A stretch of DNA of 64,000 nt from an uncultured delta proteobacterium. GTDB taxonomy: Bacteria; Desulfobacterota; WTBG01; CAIYCZ01. This document shows positions 44,550 through 54,864 of this stretch, one piece after another. Positions within the stretch are counted from its first letter, which is position 1; every line of letters starts with the position of its first letter. Location: positions 160,001-224,000 of the forward strand of contig CAWDOY010000047.1 of assembly GCA_963803975.1 (NCBI GenBank), in the 5' to 3' direction. The position numbers and the translations under genes are program-made. Under the pieces are notes generated by a model that saw nothing but the letters and a program-made list of their open reading frames with translations, had not been told where the DNA came from and did no database searches.

Positions 44550-45977
44550 TTACTGCATGGTTGTGTGGTTGCCGGCTCCCGGCTGCTGCAGGAAGGAGAC
44601 GGCTTCTTTCCATCCCCGTGGCCCGCGATCCCTTTACCAGGACCCAGTCGCCCTCCTGAATCTCCTGCTCAAGCTGCTTGGCCAGCAGCTCCCGGGTCTC
44701 AAACACGCGGATACGCGCCGCAGCCATTCCTTCCGCCAGAGCCCCTTCTGCCACTGACCGGGGCATAGCTCCCGCACAGATAGAGATAATCGATTCCCAG
44801 CCGTGCGGCAATACTGCCGGCCGCGCGGTGATACTCTGCGGCGCGCTCACCCAGCTCCAGCATATCCCCGAGCACCGCAATCGCGCGCCGGCCTTTTTTC
44901 ACCCGGGAAAGGGTTGTAAGCGATGCCTCCATGGACACCGGGTTTGCATTATAGGCGTCATTGATAAGATGAATACCGCGCACGGTGCACAATTTCCATG
45001 CGGCCGGGCATCGGCTGGAACTGTTCAAGCCCGCGTTTAATATCATCCAGGGACAGGTGCAGGGCATGGGCAACGGCGGCTGCCGCCAGGGCATTGCTTA
45101 AAAACATGCCGCCGGGAAGGGCCAGGGTCACCGCTGTCCGGGCACCCATGATGTCAAGCATAAACACGGTTCCCTCACCATTCTGGTTTATAACCGTTCC
45201 GCGCACATCCCCCGTCTGCATGCCAAATGAGATGATCCGCGCCCGGGTCTTCTCTGCCAGCCGCACCACGCGCTCGTCATCCTGGTTAACGACAGCGATA
45301 GCATCGGGGCTAAGCGCTGCAAACAGCTCTCCTTTTGCTGCCATGATATTCTCCAGGGTGTGCAGATGCTCAAGGTGAGCCGGGCCGATGTTGGTAATGA
45401 CACCAATCTGCGGCAGCGCGATGGCGGCGAGCCGCTCAATCTCACCCCGGGCGCTCATCCCCATCTCCATGATGCCCACCTGATGATTTTCATTGAGCTG
45501 CAACAGCGACAGCGGCAGCCCGATCAGGTTATTAAAGTTCCCCGGATTCCTGATGGCATTGCATCTCAGGCGTGCAATCTGCCACAGCATCTCCTTGGTG
45601 GTGGTTTTGCCATTGCTGCCGGTGATGGCAACAACGGGAACGTCAAACTTCTTTCTCCAGAAACATGCCAGGTCCCCCAGCGCCTGCAATGGGCAATCGA
45701 TTGCGATCAGCACGCTATCCGGGAATCGCTTCTGCAGGTCCGGCAGCAGCGCGTTTCCCCTCTGGATAAACGACGCGCGTGCCCCCTTGCTGAACGCATC
45801 GCTGATAAAGACGTGGCCATCACAGTTACTCCCGGTGAGCGGCACAAACAGCTCTCCGGAAGTGATGCGCCGGGAATCAATGGAAACGCCGGTTATGACC
45901 GCATCCGGCGCTCCCTGCGCCAGGTGCCCTCGGGTTGCATCAAGAATCTCGCGAAGTTTCAGTTTCATACCAATCAA
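44550..45977 (-). CDS. murF: MurF ligase, split over several frames
   Basis: GSNGKTTTKE, NNLIG, NDAYNANP, GDMLELG, VKGSR. Confidence 0.95.
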
Positions 45978-45992
45978 CTCGCCGGCATAGTA

Positions 45993-47504
45993 TCAGTTGT
46001 GGCGTTCCAGGCTGCTGCGTGCCACTTCCCGGTCGTCAAACGGAAATTTTTTATCGCCGATCTGCTGGAAGGTCTCATGCCCCTTGCCGGCAATCAGCAC
46101 GCTATCTCCCGGCTGTGCCAGGGAGATAGCACGGTATATTGCCTGGGCACGGTCCGGGCAGATGCCATACACTTTTTTGTCTGTTTTACCGGAACACAGG
46201 TTGTCGGACGCTTTGTTCATTCCTTCTGCCAGCACCCCGCGTTCAATCTCCCGGATAATGTTCTCGGCCGGCTCGCTGCGCGGGTTATCCGAGGTAATAA
46301 TAACCGTATCACTGTAGCGTGCCGCCATCCTTCCCATCACCGGCCGCTTCTCCCGGTCCCGGTCTCCGCCGCAGCCGAATACGGTGACAATATTTCGTCC
46401 CCCGATATCACGCAGCGTCTTCAGGACGTTTTCAAGCGCATCGCCGGTGTGCGCATAATCGACGACAATGAGCATCCCCCTGCTGTTCTCAATGCGCTCC
46501 ATCCGTCCCGGTATGGTGTGCACGGCTTCAATGCCGGTGCGGATTGCTTCAGGCGCGATATCAAGCGAGACCGCCGCGGCTACAGCGGCAAGAATGTTGT
46601 AGAGGTTAAACATGCCCAGCAGCGGGGAATAAAGCTGCAACATGCCGCCGGGAGTATGAATGTCTGCACGAATGCCTTCAGGGGAAAGAGCAGCCGTGTG
46701 CGCGTGAATATCTCCTGCCGCATAGCCAAAGCTGAGACGCGGAACGGGTATTCTCTCCAGCAGCTCTCTCCCCAGGGGATCGTCCTGGTTAACGACGGCC
46801 AGCACCTTCTGCTTTGCTGAACCGGCAAGCACCTGGGTAAAAAAACGTTCTTTGCTCTGGAAATAGTTCTCCAGCGTCTCATGATAATCCAGGTGTTCCG
46901 GCGTCAGATTGGTAAAAACACCGACATCAAACTGGCAGCCGTCAACCCGCCGCTGATCAAGGCCCTGGGAAGAAACCTCCATCACCAGATACTGTGCGCC
47001 CCCGTCAACCATGTCCCGCAGTATGTTCTGCAGCTCCATGGGCTCAAGGGTGGTCTGCGCTGCCGGCCGTTGCAGCGAGCCGCAGCGGTATGCAACCGTG
47101 CCGAGAACCCCCACCGCAAAACCGGCGTGCTGGAGGATAGATTCGATAAGATAGGTGGTGGTGGTTTTGCCATTGGTGCCGGTGATGCCAACCAGCCCTG
47201 CCTGCCGCGACGGGTGGCCATAAAACTGCGCCGCAAGCAGCGACAGCGCATGCCGGGAATCGGGCACCACAATGGTTGCTGCATCAGGTTTGGAAAACGG
47301 TTTTTGTGTTACAAAGGCTCTCGTCCCTGCCTGATAGACAGCTTCTAGAAAATCATGCCCATCCACCCGCAAGCCGGCAATAGCAACAAACAGACTGTTC
47401 GCGCCGGCACTCCCTGAATGACTCACTATAGATCTTATTTCCTGCTGCTCATCCCCGAACAATTCTTTTTCATCAAGCACCGGCAGTAATTGTCCGAGTT
47501 TCAT
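45993..47504 (-). CDS. murE: MurE ligase (meso-DAP type)
   Basis: GTNGKTT, DYAHT, FGCGGDRD, DNPR, AGKGHE. Confidence 0.97.
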   Translation of the reverse strand: MKLGQLLPVLDEKELFGDEQQEIRSIVSHSGSAGANSLFVAIAGLRVDGHDFLEAVYQAGTRAFVTQKPFSKPDAATIVVPDSRHALSLLAAQFYGHPSRQAGLVGITGTNGKTTTTYLIESILQHAGFAVGVLGTVAYRCGSLQRPAAQTTLEPMELQNILRDMVDGGAQYLVMEVSSQGLDQRRVDGCQFDVGVFTNLTPEHLDYHETLENYFQSKERFFTQVLAGSAKQKVLAVVNQDDPLGRELLERIPVPRLSFGYAAGDIHAHTAALSPEGIRADIHTPGGMLQLYSPLLGMFNLYNILAAVAAAVSLDIAPEAIRTGIEAVHTIPGRMERIENSRGMLIVVDYAHTGDALENVLKTLRDIGGRNIVTVFGCGGDRDREKRPVMGRMAARYSDTVIITSDNPRSEPAENIIREIERGVLAEGMNKASDNLCSGKTDKKVYGICPDRAQAIYRAISLAQPGDSVLIAGKGHETFQQIGDKKFPFDDREVARSSLERHN

Positions 47505-49270
47505 CCCTTTGTTCCCTTCCCGGGAGCCAGGTCTTTTGTCTCCCGCCACCCCGGGTCCGGATTTATCCGCTGCAATGACGACTCGGGATATATCCGCTGA
47601 TAGCACAGAATCTGCTGCGCCATTTTACTGAAGGCCGGTGCTGCTACAACCCCGCCGTAGGTAACTCCTTTCGGCTCATCGATCACCACCACGATGGTGA
47701 GTTTTGGATCCTGGGCCGGAATGAATCCCACAAAGGAGGAAACGCATTTGTCAGAATAGCCTTTGCCGTTTGCAGCTATTTTCTGAGCGGTACCGGTTTT
47801 GCCGGCGACTTCAAATCCCTCCACGCAGGCTTTCTGCCCGGTTCCGCCATCCTCCGTCACGGTCTTGAGCATCTCCCTGAGCATGCGCGCGCTCTGATCC
47901 GAGATCACGCGGCGGATGATGGTGGGGGCAGCCTCCTGAATAACCGTGCCGTTCTCTTCCTGAATTTTTTTCACCAGATACGGCCTCATGAGCAGACCGC
48001 CATTGGCAATGGCCGAATATGCAGACGCCATCTGCAGGGCCGTGACTGATACCCCCTGGCCAAAGGAAATGGTCCCGAGATTAATTTCCCGCCACTGCGA
48101 AGCGTGCGGTATATAGCCTGACACCTCTCCCGGCAGTTCAATGCCGGTCTCCCGGCTGAAGCCAAATTTGCAAATGTAGTTATAAAAACGTTCCCGGCCA
48201 AGATGCTGGGCAATTTTACTTGCTCCGATATTGCTGGAGTATTTTATCACTTCGGTGACGCTGAGGAGTCCATGGGGGTGAGCGTCATGAATAATTTTTC
48301 CGCCCATATGGTACGAACCGTTTTCACAATCATAGATGTCCTCGGGTTTTACCACGCCCTCCTCAAGGGCTGAGCCCACAACAAACGGCTTAAACGTTGA
48401 TCCCGGCTCAAAGACATCAGTTATCGCCCGGTTTTTCCAGATGTCCCCGGGAGCACTTCCCTGGTTGGGATTAAAGGCCGGGGCAACTGCTGATGCTAAA
48501 ATCTCGCCCGTCCGGGGATCGATAACCACTGCCAGCCCGCTCCGTGCCCTGGCCGCAGTAACTGCTGCCTGGAGCTCTTTCTCTACAATGTACTGGATAT
48601 TTTTATCAATCGTCAAAACGAGGTTATAGCCCCGGAGAGAATCGACCTTCTTGATACCCTCGGGAAATAAATCCCGACCCAGGGCATCCCGGTTCACCAG
48701 CAGATATCCTGACGTACCTCTAATCTGCTTATCAAACTCGCGCTCAACGCCCTCCAGACCCTGAGAGTCAACACCGACAAACCCGAGCAGCTGGCCTGCC
48801 AGTTCTTTGTGCGGATAGAAGCGCTGCGCTTCTTTAGTGAAGCCCAGTCCGCTTATTTTCAGATCTTTTATTTTCTCTGACTGCTCCGGGGTGATTTTTC
48901 TCTTTACCCAGACAAAGCTCTGCTGGCTCTGAATGATGCTTAAGATTTTGTCCCGGGAGATACCCAGGATGGAGCACATTTTCTGCGCGGTATCTTTTTT
49001 GTTTTGTATGAGCCGCGGGCGGGCATACAGCGAATCAACATCAAGGCTGAAGGCAAACTCCACCCGGTTGCGGTCATAAATTGTGCCCCGTCTGCTGCTC
49101 AAAAGCTCTTTCTTGGTTACCTGGTCGTTAAGTTTTTGGGTGAGCCATTCAGACTGTATTATCTGCAGCGTATAGGCACGGGCTCCTATGACCGCGAGCA
49201 GCATAAAAAACAGGATGCCCACCAGACGGATATTCTTTATGATCTCATAGCGGATTTTGAGCTTTACCAT
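47501..49270 (-). CDS. ftsI: Division transpeptidase PBP3
   Basis: RRGTIYDRN, EPGSTFK (SxxK), SSN, KTGT. Confidence 0.96.
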   Translation of the reverse strand: MVKLKIRYEIIKNIRLVGILFFMLLAVIGARAYTLQIIQSEWLTQKLNDQVTKKELLSSRRGTIYDRNRVEFAFSLDVDSLYARPRLIQNKKDTAQKMCSILGISRDKILSIIQSQQSFVWVKRKITPEQSEKIKDLKISGLGFTKEAQRFYPHKELAGQLLGFVGVDSQGLEGVEREFDKQIRGTSGYLLVNRDALGRDLFPEGIKKVDSLRGYNLVLTIDKNIQYIVEKELQAAVTAARARSGLAVVIDPRTGEILASAVAPAFNPNQGSAPGDIWKNRAITDVFEPGSTFKPFVVGSALEEGVVKPEDIYDCENGSYHMGGKIIHDAHPHGLLSVTEVIKYSSNIGASKIAQHLGRERFYNYICKFGFSRETGIELPGEVSGYIPHASQWREINLGTISFGQGVSVTALQMASAYSAIANGGLLMRPYLVKKIQEENGTVIQEAAPTIIRRVISDQSARMLREMLKTVTEDGGTGQKACVEGFEVAGKTGTAQKIAANGKGYSDKCVSSFVGFIPAQDPKLTIVVVIDEPKGVTYGGVVAAPAFSKMAQQILCYQRIYPESSLQRINPDPGWRETKDLAPGKGTKG

Positions 49271-49611
49271 TCCAGTACAATGACCTGTTTGGTTTTGGGG
49301 GTAACCATGCCCAGCTCATTGCGGGCAATGTTTTCAATGCGGGAAGAGGTCATCAGGGCCGAGCGCTCCACCCGCAGGGCATCATTCTCCTGAGTGACCC
49401 GCTCCTGCAGTGCACGCGCCCCGGAAATTTGATACCCGGTCTGGAGAATATAAATGCGGATCCAGAAAAACAGCAGGAAGCACAGCACCAGGGCAATGCC
49501 CAGGCTTATGGCAACCACGCCACAGGCGAGGCTGTCGGGTGTTTTCTGCTTCACCCTCTGCCGGGCCAGGATATTGGTATGAATAAATCGTTCAGTTATG
49601 ACTTCAATCAT
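49264..49611 (-). CDS. ftsL: Cell division protein FtsL
   Basis: Single TM, coiled coil, RIENIARNELGM; lies between rsmH and ftsI. Confidence 0.88.
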   Translation of the reverse strand: MIEVITERFIHTNILARQRVKQKTPDSLACGVVAISLGIALVLCFLLFFWIRIYILQTGYQISGARALQERVTQENDALRVERSALMTSSRIENIARNELGMVTPKTKQVIVLEW

Positions 49612-49682
49612 GGGTACCCCCCGCTGGAATTATTTCTACCTCTCTCTTGCTGACGTCCCGCTCTCGCTGCCTGCCATGATAG

Positions 49683-50618
49683 TTAGATTCTCTCCGCCAC
49701 CCTTAGTTTTGCACTCCGGGAACGCGGATTCGCCCCCATTTCATCCGCTGCAGGAATGAGCGGTTTTTTAGTCAGTATGGTTATGGTCTTTTCTTTCCCG
49801 CACATGCAGCGCGGCAGTCGCGGCGGACAGATACAGCCTTTCTCCTGCTGCTGCAGTTTCTGTTTGGTAATTCTGTCTTCCAGTGAATGAAACGAAATAA
49901 CACAGAGCCTGCCGCCGCTGTTCAGCAGATCGATAGACTCATCCAGCGCACGGTTGAGATGATCAAGTTCGTCATTGACTGCAATGCGTAACGCCTGGAA
50001 GGTTCTGGTGGCAGGATGGATAGTGCGCGGATGGTGCCGGGCGGGAATCGCTGCGGAAACGAGATGAGAGAGTTCCAGGGTAGAGGTGATGGGTGACTGC
50101 TCCCGGCGCTTCAGAATCGTGCGGGCAATTTTTCGTGCCCACCGCTCTTCGCCATAGGTGCGCAGTATATGCTCTATTTCAGGGGCTGAGGAGGTATTGA
50201 CCAGAGCATATGCCGGTACTGCAGTGTTTTGATCCATTCTCATATCTAATGGCCCCTGCGACTTAAAGCTGAAGCCCCGCTGGGGATCTTCAAGCTGCAT
50301 GGAAGAAACACCGAGGTCAAATAAAATGCCATCAAGGTAATGAATCTGCATGCTGTTGAGTATCTGTTTAACATCTGCAAAGTTACCCTGAATTACGACC
50401 GCCCGGTCATGAAATGCTGCAAGATTTTTCTGCGCCAGGGCTATTGCCTGAGCATCCCGGTCTATTCCCACCAGCAGCGCAATACCGGGACAGCTATTCA
50501 GCAGCGCCGCTGCATGGCCACCAGCACCAACTGTTGCATCAACGTACATGCCGCCATCCCTGCAGTGCATCCACTCAACAACTTCTCTCGGGAGCACCGG
50601 AACATGCGCGCTGTCCAT
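49683..50618 (-). CDS. rsmH: 16S rRNA m4C1402 methyltransferase
   Basis: HVPVL, GAGGH, DLGVSSMQ, FHSLEDR, NPRSRSAKLR. Confidence 0.98.
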   Translation of the reverse strand: MDSAHVPVLPREVVEWMHCRDGGMYVDATVGAGGHAAALLNSCPGIALLVGIDRDAQAIALAQKNLAAFHDRAVVIQGNFADVKQILNSMQIHYLDGILFDLGVSSMQLEDPQRGFSFKSQGPLDMRMDQNTAVPAYALVNTSSAPEIEHILRTYGEERWARKIARTILKRREQSPITSTLELSHLVSAAIPARHHPRTIHPATRTFQALRIAVNDELDHLNRALDESIDLLNSGGRLCVISFHSLEDRITKQKLQQQEKGCICPPRLPRCMCGKEKTITILTKKPLIPAADEMGANPRSRSAKLRVAERI

Positions 50619-50626
50619 GGTGTCAT

Positions 50627-51070
50627 CTACAATTTAAGATCATTGAGAATCTCGCTGATATGTTCACCGGGCTCATTGTTCTGCGCCTGTTCGATAGTCT
50701 GAGTAAAAAGCTCTTTATCCCAGATCTCAAAGTGTTTGATACGGCCGGCAATCACCACGTCCTTTTCTATCTTCGCAACCATGCGCAGGCTGTTGGGGAC
50801 CAGAATTCTGCCCTGCTTATCAACCGTGCATTCGCTTGCGTGGGAAAGCAGATGGCGCTGCAAATCCCGCATTTCCCTGCTGCCGCTCGGAAGGTCGTAA
50901 ACTTTTTCCTCAAATTTTATCCACTCATCATGGGGGTACACATAGAGACAACCATCAAACGTGGTAATGACAATGGTGTCATTATACTTGCGGAGTATTT
51001 CGCGGAATTTTACCGGCAGGCTTACTCGTCCCTTATCATCAATGGTATGATCAAATCTTCCCCTGAACAT
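50627..51070 (-). CDS. mraZ: dcw cluster transcriptional repressor MraZ
   Basis: MFRG, DDKGR, DKQGR, FEIW. Confidence 0.97.
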   Translation of the reverse strand: MFRGRFDHTIDDKGRVSLPVKFREILRKYNDTIVITTFDGCLYVYPHDEWIKFEEKVYDLPSGSREMRDLQRHLLSHASECTVDKQGRILVPNSLRMVAKIEKDVVIAGRIKHFEIWDKELFTQTIEQAQNNEPGEHISEILNDLKL

Positions 51071-51091
51071 GGCCGCCCCATGGTTTAATTA

Positions 51092-51155
51092 ACCACTAAA
51101 AACCACTTTATCCCACTTAAGCGCGGAATATATTCTCATATTAAAAGGTTGTCAA
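51092..51155 (-). promoter_or_regulatory. mraZ sigma-70 promoter with three MraZ-binding repeats
   Basis: Minus strand TTGACA (51155-51150), 17 bp, TATATT; AGTGG repeats at 10-bp pitch (plus-strand CCACT at 51093, 51103, 51113). Confidence 0.85.
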
Positions 51156-51206
51156 GAAAAAAATAATGTTTTTCTAATAAGTTTCAGATTTTTTTTAGCT
51201 AAATTA

Positions 51207-51253
51207 ATACTACATATGGGGCTAAATTAACGTCCATACACTAAATATAGTGA
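51207..51253. promoter_or_regulatory. Tandem NrdR-like boxes upstream of mraZ
   Basis: ATACTACATATGGGGC (51207) and ACACTAAATATAGTGA (51238), 31 bp apart. Confidence 0.7.
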
Positions 51254-51428
51254 TTATTGATAAAAAAATGATTATAAGGGGTAAAACATAAAAAAAATTT
51301 TTGTCTTTTCTATCCATACTTCTGCAAAATAACCAGCCGTAATAAAAACTTGAAACCTCTTATTGAAAGGTATATTTATTTTTTCTGATCCGTTAAAGAA
51401 TTGGCGCTAACAATATTTTTTTATCTGC

Positions 51429-52454
51429 ATGAAAAAAAATCTTTTTTTCTTATACCTTTTTTTCAGCATTATGCTTGCTGCCTTTTCTCGCAGCAGTGCT
51501 GCGGAAGAACCGACGGCAAAAAAACAGCCGGGGAATAAATTATCGTTTTGCATCCACGTTGAAGCCATAGCAGACAAAGACCAGGCGCAGGCGCTTGAAA
51601 AAAAATTTATACAGAAGGGGTATCCCGCGTACCTTGAAGAGTCTCAGGATAATGCCGGCAAAACCGTCTACCAGGTGCGCATTGGGAAATATGCGTCCCG
51701 CAGCAAAGCAGAAACAGCAGCACGTAATTTTTATAAGAAAGAAAAAAAAGCCTACTTGATCACGGCGCTGCAATCAGACGAAATTATTCCTGCTGTTGAT
51801 CAAACGCAAAAAGCTGACCGTGCGGCAGCGGATAGTGTTGCAGAGGAAGAGGCTGAAGCAGACCCTGATGGAGCGGGGGAACCATCGGCTCCTGAAACAA
51901 TGCGCATCGGAACCAGTCAGGGTGAACCCGCTGCGGTTACCAGAATCTATACCTATCGCGGGCCGCAGGGATATCTGTGCATGACCAACAATCTCGAGAG
52001 AATCCCCCGGGAACTGCAAAACAGCGTGGAATCCATCTCTGTCTTCCCGGTCACATTTGTTGCTTTCAATCAGAAGAAAAAAGTGCTCACCCTTGAAATA
52101 GAAAAGAGGGAGCAGGATGTGAAGCTCATGGGCGTCTCCCTTTCCTCTTCCTCTGTTGTCCGGCAGGTTTTTTCTTACTGCGAAAAAAATTTAAAGGCTG
52201 TTCCCCTGCGCCTTAAATACGCTCCTCGCCGTGATGAAAAAAAAGATGCGCCCCTTATGGTAACCATTCTTTTAAAACAGGGGATTTTGATAAATCTGGA
52301 AATAGTCCGGCTTGGTATTGCGCCATGCGCGGCGGAGAATCTTTCCGGGCAATTCAAAAAAGATTGTCTGGAAGCAGAGGCAGCAGCACGCAGCAGCAAG
52401 TCTGGTATCTGGGCGGAAAACCTGCAGGTCAGTAACCGGCGCAGTAGAAGATAA
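51429..52454 (+). CDS. Exported protein: SPOR domain, acidic linker, DUF4124-like segment, thermonuclease-like domain
   Basis: Signal peptide; KGYPAY...YQVRIGKY (SPOR); INLEIVRLGIA...AEAAARSSKSGIW (SNase C-terminus). Confidence 0.75.
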   Translation: MKKNLFFLYLFFSIMLAAFSRSSAAEEPTAKKQPGNKLSFCIHVEAIADKDQAQALEKKFIQKGYPAYLEESQDNAGKTVYQVRIGKYASRSKAETAARNFYKKEKKAYLITALQSDEIIPAVDQTQKADRAAADSVAEEEAEADPDGAGEPSAPETMRIGTSQGEPAAVTRIYTYRGPQGYLCMTNNLERIPRELQNSVESISVFPVTFVAFNQKKKVLTLEIEKREQDVKLMGVSLSSSSVVRQVFSYCEKNLKAVPLRLKYAPRRDEKKDAPLMVTILLKQGILINLEIVRLGIAPCAAENLSGQFKKDCLEAEAAARSSKSGIWAENLQVSNRRSRR

Positions 52455-52585
52455 ACGCTGCAGGCATAACCGCAATGGTGGTAACTGCAGCTGTCGTGCT
52501 ATCCGGTTAATTGTTTGTTGAATTAAGCACTGAAAGAGGGTATATAGGTTCCCTCTTTTACTTTTATTGGAGTATCAACGCGAAA

Positions 52586-54340
52586 ATGAAAAAGATCGGG
52601 CTTGGTTCAAGGCCATCAGAGATTAAGCAAAAGGATAAAAGCCTTGAGCTTGACCACCAGATTGATGAAAAGCCCGGGCGCAGCGCTGGCAGCGAGGTCA
52701 CCATCATCACCAAGCGGCCGGTGCGGGGAGAAAGCTCTTCCCGGAACTATCTGCTTATCGGTATCATTGTGGCGCTGCTTGCCGGAGCAGGTATACTTCT
52801 CAATCAGGTTGGCGCTTTCTCGCGGGGAGGCCTGCAGAGCCTCTTCTCTTTTACCGCGGCACTTGATTACATTGAGTTTGTCACCGGAGAGCGGACCGTT
52901 ACCATTCAGAATGGAGAAAGTTTTGACGTACCATTCAAAGACGGTTTCAATATCAAGCGTATTGCCTGCAAAGGATGGTATAAGCTCTTCCCCCCTGAGG
53001 CTATTCAGGTTGAAGTTTCAGAAATAGGCAAACTGCCCAATTATTATCAGGACAATATCATCCCCCTGCTGAAACCGGAAAAAACGTGCGCCTACACGCT
53101 CACCGTCCTGAAAAACGGAGGCCCCATAGGAGCAATACGATTTACCTTACGCTGGCTGCACAGGACTGGATTGCCCGGGCTGAAGCGGTCACGGACACTG
53201 ATACTAAAAATATCTGTTTTAAAAATGCCATCAAGGCAAATCCCGACTCAGAAACAGCGCGCCTTGGCCTGGCAAAATCATTTGAGCAGAAAAAACAGGT
53301 TAAGAATGCCGTCACGGAGTATGAAGAGATTATAAAAAAGAATCCCCGCAACCGGGACGTGCTGGCAGCCCTTGTCCCGCTCTACATCCAGACAAAAAAA
53401 ACCGGGAAACTGATCGAGACCTACAAATCTCTTGCTTCCCTGGATACCGGTAAAGCCGATGACTATTATTATAAAGCCGGCTCTGTTGCAGAGAAAAGCG
53501 GCAACACCGGTGAAGCGATCGATCTCTACAAAAAATCAGTTGCCGCTAATGGCAGCTAACCTTGATGCGCGGCAGAAACTCATCAAGCTCTATGAGAAAG
53601 AAAACAAGTGGGATCTGGTAGCGGAACAGGCCCGGGAACTCGTGAAGCAGGACCCGAAGAATGCCAATCTCTATCTCTACCTCTCTGACGCTTATCTCAA
53701 GCTGAACCGGCTTGACCAGGCAATCGCAGAAGCTGAGAAGGCTGCTAAGCTCAATCCGAAAGATGCTGCCATCCAGCTGCAGTGCGCCCTGCTGTACGAG
53801 AAGGCAAAAAAGGATGACAAGGCGATTGAGGCCTATAAAAGGCTGGTCGCCCTCAACACAAAAAATGCCGCCGCATACAATAACCTCGGCATGCTGCAGG
53901 AAAAGAAGGGAGACCGCAAAGATGCCATTGCCAATTATGAAAAAGCGGTTTCTCTTGATGCTGACAACAAGGTGTTTCTCATTAACCTTGCTGACGCCTA
54001 TGAGAAGGAGAAAGAGTGGGACAAAGCCATAAAAGGCTATGAGAAAGTGGTGCAGATAGACAAGGGAAATACCGGCGCCTGGGAGGCGCTGGCAGTTCTC
54101 TGTCAGAAAGCCGGAAAAAATGAGGAAGTCATTAAGGCCTATAAGGAGCTGTCCCGCATCGAGCCGAAGAAAGTGCTCTGGCATCAGCGGCTCGCCGCAC
54201 TCTACGAAGAGCAGGGAAACCTTGCCGCGGCAAAAAAAGAATACCGGGCGGTTTTAAAACTGAATCCCAATGACAAGGTGGCAAAGCAGAAGATGCTTGA
54301 TATATCCATCAAAAGCCTGCAGAAGAAGCTGAAGAAGTAA
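52586..54340 (+). CDS. Membrane-anchored TPR protein, split over three frames
   Basis: Single TM followed by many 34-aa TPR repeats (e.g. AAAYNNLGMLQEKKG...AIANYEKAVSLD). Confidence 0.85.
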
Positions 54341-54418
54341 CACCATTCTGTACAGAGGGATATTGACCGGCAGCAAAAAAAAGGGTATAGATAGTATCTG
54401 ATCAATACATACTATTGC

Positions 54419-54495
54419 GCGCCCGTAGCTCAGCTGGATAGAGTGCCGGACTACGAATCCGAAGGTCGGAGGTTCGAATCCTCTCGGGCGCGCCA
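54419..54495 (+). tRNA. tRNA-Arg (anticodon ACG), CCA encoded
   Basis: GCGCCCG/CGGGCGC acceptor stem, D-arm GCTCAGCTGGATAGAGT, anticodon loop CTACGAA, T-loop TTCGAAT; 77 nt. Confidence 0.97.
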
Positions 54496-54506
54496 AAATA
54501 TTAAGT

Positions 54507-54548
54507 AAAAATAGGCAGATAGCTAATAGAAGCTTCTGTCTATTTTTT
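54507..54548 (+). terminator. Terminator after tRNA-Arg
   Basis: AAAAATAGGCAGA...TCTGTCTATTTTT stem with T-run. Confidence 0.75.
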
Positions 54549-54559
54549 TGTTTGAATTT

Positions 54560-54620
54560 TTTTGTGGCAGTACTAGGAGAACATAATGGTTGATAGTGGA
54601 ATAGATGGACGATAGTGAAA
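54560..54620 (+). repeat. 61-bp imperfect direct repeat, copy 1 (candidate integrase arm region)
   Basis: 52/61 ungapped identity with 58728-58788. Confidence 0.85.
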
Positions 54621-54864
54621 TATCGTTATCCGTTTATATGAACGATTGTTTTTAGAAAGACATGTATTATTAATTAGTTAAAATATTAAAAGCACCTCGG
54701 ATAATTAATCCGTGGGTCGGGAGTAAGAATTATTCACTTTACCCAAAAGTTAATGGAATGAAATAAATTTTTTTCACGTTTTTGCCACCAATAATTGCCA
54801 TGTATTTCACATTTTTAATACAAATAATTTGAATAAATTCACGTTTTTTGCTATATAATAAATT

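Noticed and set aside
45360..46820. 486-aa plus-strand ORF and similar long antisense ORFs (e.g. 8843-9697, 19050-19964)
   Set aside because: They are shadow frames of well-supported GC-rich genes on the opposite strand.
54254..54496. 80-aa minus-strand ORF beginning MARPRGFEPPTFG
   Set aside because: It is the antisense translation of the tRNA.
54560..54848. Possible CRISPR array
   Set aside because: The repeats are short and degenerate with no constant repeat-spacer structure, and there are no cas genes in the window.
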